Source: an uncultured Mycoplasmatota bacterium (lineage in GTDB: Bacteria > Bacillota_I > Bacilli_A > RF39 > UBA660). From it: a DNA stretch of 64,000 nucleotides. The translations under genes were made by a program, and so were the position numbers. Below, piece after piece: positions 54,190 through 60,962 of the stretch. Under the pieces are notes generated by a model. That model had not been told where the DNA came from and did no database searches. It was given only the letters and a program-made list of their open reading frames with translations. Position 1 is the first letter of the stretch; every line of letters begins with the position of its first letter. The stretch lies in the NCBI GenBank assembly GCA_900546275.1, contig URCH01000005.1, positions 7,828 through 71,827 on the forward strand, given 5' to 3'.

Positions 54190-54621
54190 TTAAATGCATT
54201 CTACAAATGTATCAGATAAGCATCTTAATGCACAGCAACAGTTTAGATTCATTGTAAAGAAAGAATTAGTTGTTATGTATGGTATATTTGTTTGAGAACT
54301 ATCAGGATTAGGAGCTAATACTCTAAAAGTAGCACAACATCCATCAAGTTTTTCAATTCTAAATACACTAGATGTTGTGGCAGTTTCTTCTTTTTCTATA
54401 GGCATACTCCATGGTGTACCATTACCACAACAAGTGTATAACATTACTGGTCTAGTATTGCAACTAACTGTTGAAACAGAACATCCTAGAAATCCTCTAT
54501 CACAAGTATCTAAACAGCAACTTCCACAATCAGCATTTTTTTGAAGAATTAAAATTACTTTTAATATTTCATTTATGCATTGACATTCGTTAGAATTATC
54601 ATTATTACACATATAATCCAC
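54190..54621 (-). CDS. CotY/CotZ-family cysteine-rich spore coat/exosporium protein
   Basis: 143 aa with more than 20 Cys. The pattern C.C..E.L..I..LQ.., NTRPVMLY, VFRIEKLDGCCATFRVL and NLNCCCALRCL parallels the remembered B. subtilis CotZ (FFRVERVHGSCATLSLL .. DLDCFCAINCL). Confidence 0.75.
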   Translation of the reverse strand: MDYMCNNDNSNECQCINEILKVILILQKNADCGSCCLDTCDRGFLGCSVSTVSCNTRPVMLYTCCGNGTPWSMPIEKEETATTSSVFRIEKLDGCCATFRVLAPNPDSSQTNIPYITTNSFFTMNLNCCCALRCLSDTFVECI

Positions 54622-54761
54622 CCCTCCATTTTGTTTCTAATATAACATATTCATTAAAGATAAATGAGTGTGAATTAAAAACCTATTTTTATTAATATTT
54701 TCTATTGTAAAAATAAAATTTTTGTTTTATAATTATAGCAGAATAAAAGGAGGGTATATTT

Positions 54762-55457
54762 GTGAATAATAATATGAATGATATCTTATTAAAGAATGAG
54801 TTAGGAGAAAGTGCGACAGCAAAGGTTTTGAAACTTTTTAAATATAATGATGAAATATATATGTTGTACACATTAAATGAAATAGATCCATCAAATTATA
54901 TAAAATTATATGGAGTAAAATTGACAATGAATCCATCAACAAATCAAATATCTGCTTCTATGATAGATGATTCTGTATGGGGAAGTATTGTTTCTTTAAT
55001 AAAAGAAATGGTTAAACCAGTACAGGAAAGAACAAACAATAATTTTATAGATTTGGATTCAAGAAATTTGACTTCTGTTGATTTGATTTCAAAAAGAATT
55101 TTCAAAATTAATAAAGATATGGCAGATTTGATTGTAAAAAATTCAACTTTACAACAACAAATTACTAATAATTCTAATCAACCTGTTCAAACTGTTCAAT
55201 CTGAGCAAATAATAAATACTTCAAATATGGTAGCTCCATCTATGGAAACACAAACAAACTTAAATGCAACGTCAGCACAAGCTTCAACAGAGCAAATTCC
55301 AAGTAGCCAAAATAATTTGAATCAAAATCAGGTCTCACAAGAGTTAGATTATAAGGCATTATATGAAGAGCAAACAAAAAACATTGAAACCTTAATGCAA
55401 GAAATAAATAGTTTGAAAAATAAATTATCTGCTATTGAAAATATATTAAAGGGTTAA
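54762..55457 (+). CDS. Hypothetical protein with a Q/N/S/T-rich linker and a C-terminal coiled coil
   Basis: GTG start 7 nt after AAAGGAGGG. 231 aa with a low-complexity QQQITNNSNQPVQTVQSEQ..NNLNQNQVSQ region. Confidence 0.55.
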   Translation: MNNNMNDILLKNELGESATAKVLKLFKYNDEIYMLYTLNEIDPSNYIKLYGVKLTMNPSTNQISASMIDDSVWGSIVSLIKEMVKPVQERTNNNFIDLDSRNLTSVDLISKRIFKINKDMADLIVKNSTLQQQITNNSNQPVQTVQSEQIINTSNMVAPSMETQTNLNATSAQASTEQIPSSQNNLNQNQVSQELDYKALYEEQTKNIETLMQEINSLKNKLSAIENILKG

Positions 55458-55504
55458 CACATAAGTTTAACTCTTTTTTCATAGAATTTTATAGAGGTGA
55501 ATAT

Positions 55505-56437
55505 ATGAAGAATGCAATTAGATATTACTACAACATGAATGTAGATGATATTCACCAAAATAATAAAAATTACAGATTTTATTACAATGGATACTTATAT
55601 GTTTTAACATTATATGAAGATAATATAGAAAAAATAAATGAAATTTATAATATGCATGTAAGCATTTTGCAAACAGGGTTGTACTGCCATCAGATTATTT
55701 TAAATATAGAAAATATGCCATTTACTAAATTGAATGAAAAAAACTATATTTTACTGAAAGTTTTAGCAAATAGCGAACAAGTAAACAAAAAAATTGATCT
55801 AGATGATATTATTTATTTTTCCAAATCATACGTTTTTCAAAAAAATAATAATATCGCAAAAAAGAGTTGGATAGATTTGTGGGGTGCAAAGACAGACTAT
55901 ATTGAGTATCAAATTAATCAATTTGGAATAAAATATCCCGTAATTAGTGAGGGGGCAAGTTATTATATAGGTATGGCAGAGAATGCTATATCATATTTGG
56001 CTAATAATAAGTTAAATGAAGAATTAGCCTATTGCATTGCACATAGAAGATTAAACATAAATTCGACTTTGTATGATTTATATAATCCAATTAATTTTAT
56101 TGTTGATTATTCTGTCAGAGACGTCTGTGAATATGCTAAAAATGTATTTTTTGATAATAAAGAAAAATCATATATGGTATATGATTATATAAAAAGTGCA
56201 GGTTTTAATTATGATGAGACTATATTATTGCTTGCAAGATTTTTGTATCCTACATATTATTTTGATATGATTCAAGATTGTATTTACAATAAGAAGCAAG
56301 AAAATGATTTATGGGAATGTATTAGAAAATATGTTTCGAAGGTTGATGAATATGAAGCATATTTAAAAAATATTTTTGAATACTTTAGCCAGGTTTACAA
56401 CATAGAATTAGTAGAATGGATAATTACAAAAAAATAA
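55505..56437 (+). CDS. CotS/YutH-like spore-coat-associated protein (tentative)
   Basis: 310 aa. The size, N-terminal pattern and neighbourhood (CotZ-like gene upstream, YutI-type NifU gene downstream) suggest a YutH/CotS-type pseudokinase. No motif was verified. Confidence 0.35.
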   Translation: MKNAIRYYYNMNVDDIHQNNKNYRFYYNGYLYVLTLYEDNIEKINEIYNMHVSILQTGLYCHQIILNIENMPFTKLNEKNYILLKVLANSEQVNKKIDLDDIIYFSKSYVFQKNNNIAKKSWIDLWGAKTDYIEYQINQFGIKYPVISEGASYYIGMAENAISYLANNKLNEELAYCIAHRRLNINSTLYDLYNPINFIVDYSVRDVCEYAKNVFFDNKEKSYMVYDYIKSAGFNYDETILLLARFLYPTYYFDMIQDCIYNKKQENDLWECIRKYVSKVDEYEAYLKNIFEYFSQVYNIELVEWIITKK

Positions 56438-56454
56438 AACATGTATTACAGTTG

Positions 56455-56688
56455 TTAATCCATGTTATTGATGTTTATGACTTGTTTGACTTGTGGGACC
56501 TCTTCTTTTATAGCGTCTTCGATTACGTCTTTTACAGTAAAATCGATCAAATGACAATTTGAACATGCACCCATCATTTTAATATATACTATATTGTCTT
56601 CATATTTTACAAATTCTATATCCCCACCATCATTTATTAAGAAGGGACGTATTTTGTCAATTACATCGATTATTTTTTCTTTTTCCAT
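56455..56688 (-). CDS. NifU C-terminal-domain (Nfu/YutI-type) Fe-S cluster carrier
   Basis: 77 aa. IRPFLINDGGDIEFV and GACSNCHLIDFT (CxxC) are the Nfu signature. Confidence 0.88.
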   Translation of the reverse strand: MEKEKIIDVIDKIRPFLINDGGDIEFVKYEDNIVYIKMMGACSNCHLIDFTVKDVIEDAIKEEVPQVKQVININNMD

Positions 56689-56882
56689 AATATTATCACC
56701 TTTTTCTGAAATATTTCATTCTAATTATACATCAAAATATTAAATTAGCAAAGAGTAATTATTATTTCAATTATATTATTATATGTTATTATTTTTTTTA
56801 TATTTTTATAGTGTACTTGTTTTTTACTATAATTTACATATTAAATCATACGTGTTATAATTTAAACGGAGTGTGATTTTAT

Positions 56883-57227
56883 ATGAAATATAAAATTGGA
56901 AAAATAATAAAAGGAACTGTGAGTGGAATTGAAAATTATGGAATTTTTGTTTCGTTTGATCAGCTTTATAGTGGGATGATACATATTTCCGAAATATCCA
57001 ACGATTTTGTTAAAAACATACATAACATAGTCAGAGTTGGTGATATTATATATGTTAAAATAATAGATATAGATGAAAAAATGAACCATTTATCTTTAAG
57101 TATAAAAGATATAAATTATAAGGATACTAGTTTTCAACGTAAGAGAAAAATAAATGAAACAAGTCTCGGATTCACTACTTTGAAGAGTAATTTGCCAGAC
57201 TGGATAAAAGAAAGTTTAAAAAAATAA
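56883..57227 (+). CDS. S1 RNA-binding domain protein (general stress protein 13/YugI-like)
   Basis: GKIIKGTVSGIENYGIFVSF..GMIHISEISNDFVKNI..VGDIIYVKIIDIDEK..LSLSIK is a canonical S1 fold sequence. Confidence 0.88.
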   Translation: MKYKIGKIIKGTVSGIENYGIFVSFDQLYSGMIHISEISNDFVKNIHNIVRVGDIIYVKIIDIDEKMNHLSLSIKDINYKDTSFQRKRKINETSLGFTTLKSNLPDWIKESLKK

Positions 57228-57246
57228 ATAAAATATTATAATTCTA

Positions 57247-57275
57247 TTGACAAATTATTATATAAATGGTATATT
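57247..57275 (+). promoter_or_regulatory. Promoter of the first tRNA operon
   Basis: TTGACA (57247-57252), 17-nt spacer, TATATT (57270-57275). Confidence 0.65.
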
Positions 57276-57294
57276 TAATTACGTCAATGTTTTT

Positions 57295-57371
57295 GGGCGA
57301 TTAGCTCAGTTGGTTAGAGCACTTGCCTTACAAGCAAGGGGTCATAGGTTCGAGTCCTATATCGCCCACCA
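57295..57371 (+). tRNA. tRNA-Val (UAC)
   Basis: Cloverleaf folds by hand; anticodon loop CTTACAA; GTTCGAGTC T-loop; encoded CCA. Confidence 0.95.
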
Positions 57372-57376
57372 TTAAT

Positions 57377-57452
<76 letters not shown>

Positions 57453-57459
57453 CTTTAAT

Positions 57460-57543
57460 GGAGGGATAGCGAAGTGGTCAAACGCGGCAGACTGTAAATC
57501 TGTTCCTTCGGGTTCAATGGTTCAAATCCATTTCCCTCCACCA
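57460..57543 (+). tRNA. tRNA-Tyr (GUA)
   Basis: Acceptor GGAGGGA pairs with TCCCTCC; anticodon loop CTGTAAA; long variable arm; encoded CCA. Confidence 0.95.
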
Positions 57544-57558
57544 TTTCTTAGGTTAGAT

Positions 57559-57633
57559 TGCCTCGTAGCCAAGCGGTAAGGCACCACACTTTGACTGTGG
57601 CATGCGCTAGTTCGAATCTAGCCGAGGCAGCCA
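57559..57633 (+). tRNA. tRNA-Gln (UUG)
   Basis: Acceptor TGCCTCG pairs with CGAGGCA; anticodon loop CTTTGAC; encoded CCA. Confidence 0.93.
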
Positions 57634-57642
57634 CTATATTAT

Positions 57643-57718
57643 GTCCCGTTAGCTCAGTTGGTAGAGCATTTGACTTTTAATCAAAGGGTCACAGATTCGA
57701 GTTCTGTACGGGACACCA
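57643..57718 (+). tRNA. tRNA-Lys (UUU)
   Basis: Acceptor GTCCCGT pairs with ACGGGAC; anticodon loop CTTTTAA; encoded CCA. Confidence 0.95.
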
Positions 57719-57730
57719 TTTTGTAAGTTT

Positions 57731-57763
57731 ACCTTCAATAATTAGTATTGAAGGTTCTTTTTT
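57731..57763 (+). terminator. Intrinsic terminator of the first tRNA operon
   Basis: ACCTTCAATA (57731-57740) pairs with TATTGAAGGT (57746-57755), followed by a T-run to 57763. Confidence 0.8.
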
Positions 57764-57804
57764 ACTAAAAAAAGTTATTTTTTGAAAAAAATAGTAAAAA
57801 ACTA

Positions 57805-57833
57805 TTGCCAAAAGCAATAAGATGTAATATAAT
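57805..57833 (+). promoter_or_regulatory. Promoter of the second tRNA operon
   Basis: TTGCCA (57805-57810), 17-nt spacer, TATAAT (57828-57833). Confidence 0.7.
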
Positions 57834-57870
57834 TAAATAGTCTTATATTTATATGTAAGAATTGAACGAT

Positions 57871-57959
57871 GCCTGAGTGGCGGAATTGGTAGACGCACAG
57901 GACTTAAAATCCTGCGAAGGTCATACTTCATGCCGGTTCAAGTCCGGCCTTAGGCACCA
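57871..57959 (+). tRNA. tRNA-Leu (UAA)
   Basis: Anticodon loop CTTAAAA; long variable arm; encoded CCA. Confidence 0.95.
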
Positions 57960-57988
57960 TTTATTTTTTTATTGAATGTTTAGGTTTT

Positions 57989-58079
57989 GGAGAAATACCC
58001 AAGTCTGGTTGAAGGGACCGGTCTTGAAAACCGGGAGGTCGGAAACGGCGCGGGGGTTCGAATCCCTCTTTCTCCGCCA
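57989..58079 (+). tRNA. tRNA-Ser (UGA)
   Basis: Acceptor GGAGAAA pairs with TTTCTCC; anticodon loop CTTGAAA; long variable arm; encoded CCA. Confidence 0.95.
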
Positions 58080-58101
58080 TTCATAGTTTTTATTATAATA
58101 T

Positions 58102-58178
<77 letters not shown>

Positions 58179-58182
58179 TAAT

Positions 58183-58258
58183 GGTTCCGTGGTGTAGCGG
58201 TTATCACGTCTGCCTGTCACGCAGAAGATCGCGAGTTCGATTCTCGTCGGAACCGCCA
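58183..58258 (+). tRNA. tRNA-Asp (GUC)
   Basis: Acceptor GGTTCCG pairs with CGGAACC; anticodon loop CTGTCAC; encoded CCA. Confidence 0.95.
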
Positions 58259-58265
58259 TTTATTT

Positions 58266-58341
58266 GGCTTCATAGCTCAGTCGGTAGAGCAAAGGACTGA
58301 AAATCCTTGTGTCATTGGTTCGATTCCAATTGAAGCCACCA
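58266..58341 (+). tRNA. tRNA-Phe (GAA)
   Basis: Acceptor GGCTTCA pairs with TGAAGCC; anticodon loop CTGAAAA; encoded CCA. Confidence 0.95.
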
Positions 58342-58379
58342 TATAAGATTATATTAGGTGTGTACCCAATAGTTAAGAT

Positions 58380-58456
58380 GCGCTCGTAGCTCAGCTGGAT
58401 AGAGTATTTGGCTACGAACCAAAAGGTCAGGGGTTCGAATCCCTTCGGGCGCACCA
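58380..58456 (+). tRNA. tRNA-Arg (ACG)
   Basis: Acceptor GCGCTCG pairs with CGGGCGC; anticodon loop CTACGAA; encoded CCA. Confidence 0.95.
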
Positions 58457-58462
58457 TTTTAA

Positions 58463-58539
58463 CGGGAAATGGCTCAACTTGGTAGAGCACTTGGTTTGGG
58501 ACCAAGGGGTTGCAGGTTCAAATCCTGTTTTCCCGACCA
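58463..58539 (+). tRNA. tRNA-Pro (UGG)
   Basis: Acceptor CGGGAAA pairs with TTTCCCG; anticodon loop TTTGGGA with G37; encoded CCA. Confidence 0.95.
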
Positions 58540-58551
58540 CGTTGATTTTAA

Positions 58552-58579
58552 ATTCTTATGAAAATAGGAATTTTTTTTT
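58552..58579 (+). terminator. Intrinsic terminator of the second tRNA operon
   Basis: ATTCTTAT (58552-58559) pairs with ATAGGAAT (58564-58571) with one G-U pair, GAAA loop, T9 run to 58579. Confidence 0.75.
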
Positions 58580-58603
58580 GATATTTTATATTAAAAAGCA
58601 ATA

Positions 58604-59344
58604 TCAGTCTATGGATATTTCTTTAAATAATTTTCCTATTTCATATTTATTAATACAAAATTTTGTTCCATGATCGTATAATTGACCAAATTTTTTGCCA
58701 GACTTATATATTCCAATTGAAAAACATACTCTAATTTTATTTTTATTTATTAATTCTAAAAAATTATTAAAACTTTTTAGTTTATAATATTTTATAGTAT
58801 TATATTTAAAATATAATTTACCGTTAATAATTGTTTTTTCTGCATATATAATTGCAATTTTATTTAATTTTCTTTCTAATTTTTCTTTTAACATATTAAA
58901 GCTCCAGCTTGTTTTGTTATCAATTAAATTTAAGTTAGAATCATATACATTTAATTCAATCACATTTTCTTTATAGTTGATGTATAACTTAAAATATAAG
59001 TTATTAAATTCATTTATTTTTAATTTTGAATATACTGAGGTTTGGAATATATTATAGTTTGGAAAATCTTTATCTGAATATCCGTATTCATCGCTTATTC
59101 GCTTTATTTCATATAAAAAACTATCTGGAGTTGCATTAAAAAGTGAAATGTACTTTTCTTTGTTGCTATATTTTACTTTTAATTCTATATCTTTAAAATC
59201 AGGAATTTCGAAATTGTTAGTTTGTATATTTAATAATTTTTCAAAAGTTATTCCTCCTGCTCCATTTCCATTTCCTTGACTCAAAATCCAACCGTTATTT
59301 TTTATTTTGTTGAATTTTTTATTTAATTCAAAAAATGTTTTCAA
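58604..59344 (-). CDS. MvaI/BcnI-family (MutH-like) type II restriction endonuclease homologue, no adjacent methyltransferase
   Basis: 246 aa with a TTG start 7 nt after AGGA. The motifs GITFEKLL..IPDFKDIELKVK (PD..ExK), ISLFNATP, KIAIIYAEK and LYDHGTKFCI..L..LF line up with the remembered BcnI motifs (GQILERQFG..LGDLGEFELKG, LTLFHKKP, KLVLVFAE, HDRGPHLRI..L.KLY). Confidence 0.65.
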   Translation of the reverse strand: MKTFFELNKKFNKIKNNGWILSQGNGNGAGGITFEKLLNIQTNNFEIPDFKDIELKVKYSNKEKYISLFNATPDSFLYEIKRISDEYGYSDKDFPNYNIFQTSVYSKLKINEFNNLYFKLYINYKENVIELNVYDSNLNLIDNKTSWSFNMLKEKLERKLNKIAIIYAEKTIINGKLYFKYNTIKYYKLKSFNNFLELINKNKIRVCFSIGIYKSGKKFGQLYDHGTKFCINKYEIGKLFKEISID

Positions 59345-59444
59345 TATATCATCCTTTCTTTTGTTACTACTAATAATATACTTTGTTTTTGTATAATTTC
59401 CTTTTATTAAATTTAAAGTTAGCTAATTGAAAACAGAAGAGCTA

Positions 59445-59481
59445 TAAAAAAATTACTTTTTAATGCAAAGTAATTTTTTGT
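59445..59481. terminator. Bidirectional intrinsic terminator (ends the CotH-VTC-DUF4956 operon)
   Basis: AATTACTTT (59451-59459) pairs with AAAGTAATT (59467-59475), flanked by an A-run and a T-run. Confidence 0.7.
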
Positions 59482-59483
59482 TT

Positions 59484-60152
59484 CTATGCTCCAAAATCAT
59501 TTTGATAACTTATTAAATTTACGCTATCAATGCCTTCGACTTCTTTGAATATATCCATAAGTTTTAAAGAATTTTTATCTGATATTTCAAAAGACAATTC
59601 AACCTTATCTTTTGTGATTGATTTGCTTTTAATTTTATGTTTTGGAATTTTTTCTATCATTTTTCCTATTTTAGCATCTATCCTAGAGTCATATCTAAGT
59701 ATCATTAAGTATTGCGAATTTGCTTTAAATCCCAAAATATAACTAACATAATATAATAAACCTAAAGCAACAGAACTTATTATTGCTATTAAATATAACC
59801 CAGCCCCAGCCATTATACCAGCTGTTATTCCCCAAAACATAAATCCAGTGTCGACAGGCTCTTTAACAGCGGTTCTAAATCTAACGATTGATAAGGCACC
59901 AACCATTCCAAGTGAGAGTGCTAAATTAGAGTTAATTGTTCTAATTATAAGCGCTGTAACCATTGCAAGTAGTATTATACATAGGGAAAATGATTTTGAG
60001 TAAACAACACCACTGTAAGTTTTTTTATAAATGTAAATTATAAAAATTCCAATTATAAATGCAGTTATAAGTGACAATACTATTTTATCTATTGATATTG
60101 TTCCTGTAAATTCATTTATAACACTTTTTTTTACTAAATCAACAAAATTCAT
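59484..60152 (-). CDS. DUF4956-family membrane protein
   Basis: 222 aa with four TM helices in the N-terminal two-thirds and a soluble C-terminal domain. Follows a VTC-domain gene, as this family typically does. Confidence 0.65.
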   Translation of the reverse strand: MNFVDLVKKSVINEFTGTISIDKIVLSLITAFIIGIFIIYIYKKTYSGVVYSKSFSLCIILLAMVTALIIRTINSNLALSLGMVGALSIVRFRTAVKEPVDTGFMFWGITAGIMAGAGLYLIAIISSVALGLLYYVSYILGFKANSQYLMILRYDSRIDAKIGKMIEKIPKHKIKSKSITKDKVELSFEISDKNSLKLMDIFKEVEGIDSVNLISYQNDFGA

Positions 60153-60262
60153 AAATCTTTAAATCTCCTTTTCAAATGTTTTATTATTTTTTAATATATC
60201 TAATATAATTATCTATTATTTTATTATATAAATCAATGATTTTTACGAATTTTAATAAATAT

Positions 60263-60958
60263 TTATTTTATACTTCTACAAAGTGCAAATTTTGATACTG
60301 CTTGTCTATACATTGGAATTGTTTGCAAAATTATAGAAATATGTTCTGGTAAAACTTCATTAAATTTAACTTCTAAAACTACTTCATCATTATCAATAAC
60401 ATCGTATGTAATTCTATCCATATTAAATAAATTACAATTATATAGTCCTGATTTTATTTTTTCATCGAAAGTTATCCGTACTTCGGAAATGGGGTATGTA
60501 TAAGCAAGGCGTTTATAATCAACAATTACAGAAGGCTTTAATCCAAACACTTTGATATCAGTGATAAATTCTTTCATCAAACTGTGGTTAAGTAATTCTT
60601 TATCAATATTATCAAATTGATTTGTTAATAAATTGATACAATTTTCTTTACTTATTTTTAGTTGATCCTTTGAGGTCATATTATTATGTTTCCATTTTCT
60701 TTCTAATCGTATAAAAGAGGAATCATTGTTATACATTCTTATTCTATATTTTTTTCTGTATAGGACACCATCAATTTTTTCATAATAAGCTGTTGAATTG
60801 ATATCATCGAAATACAAACTTCTTATAAAGTAGGTGTTATCTAAATTTACAGAATTTTTATCGATATCCATAGCAAGCGCTAGTCTTTGTTTTAAAACCA
60901 AACTCATTTGTTTACTTATTATGAATTTTATTTCATGTCTATATTTTCTTGTATTCAT
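60263..60958 (-). CDS. VTC-domain (CYTH-like, polyphosphate-polymerase-type) protein
   Basis: YRHEIKFIIS...YFIRSLYFDD...YRKKYRIRMY matches the VTC/CYTH tunnel pattern (E.K.., R..YfD). I prefer ATG 60958, 9 nt after GGTGA, over the overlapping TTG at 60973. Confidence 0.75.
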   Translation of the reverse strand: MNTRKYRHEIKFIISKQMSLVLKQRLALAMDIDKNSVNLDNTYFIRSLYFDDINSTAYYEKIDGVLYRKKYRIRMYNNDSSFIRLERKWKHNNMTSKDQLKISKENCINLLTNQFDNIDKELLNHSLMKEFITDIKVFGLKPSVIVDYKRLAYTYPISEVRITFDEKIKSGLYNCNLFNMDRITYDVIDNDEVVLEVKFNEVLPEHISIILQTIPMYRQAVSKFALCRSIK

Positions 60959-60962
60959 ATAT

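Noticed and set aside
58580-59483. Integrated island or prophage remnant at the tRNA-Pro gene
   Set aside because: Only a single gene lies between the tRNA terminator and the next operon. I found no integrase and no direct repeat of the tRNA 3' end, so an island cannot be claimed. The endonuclease is reported as a stand-alone oddity.
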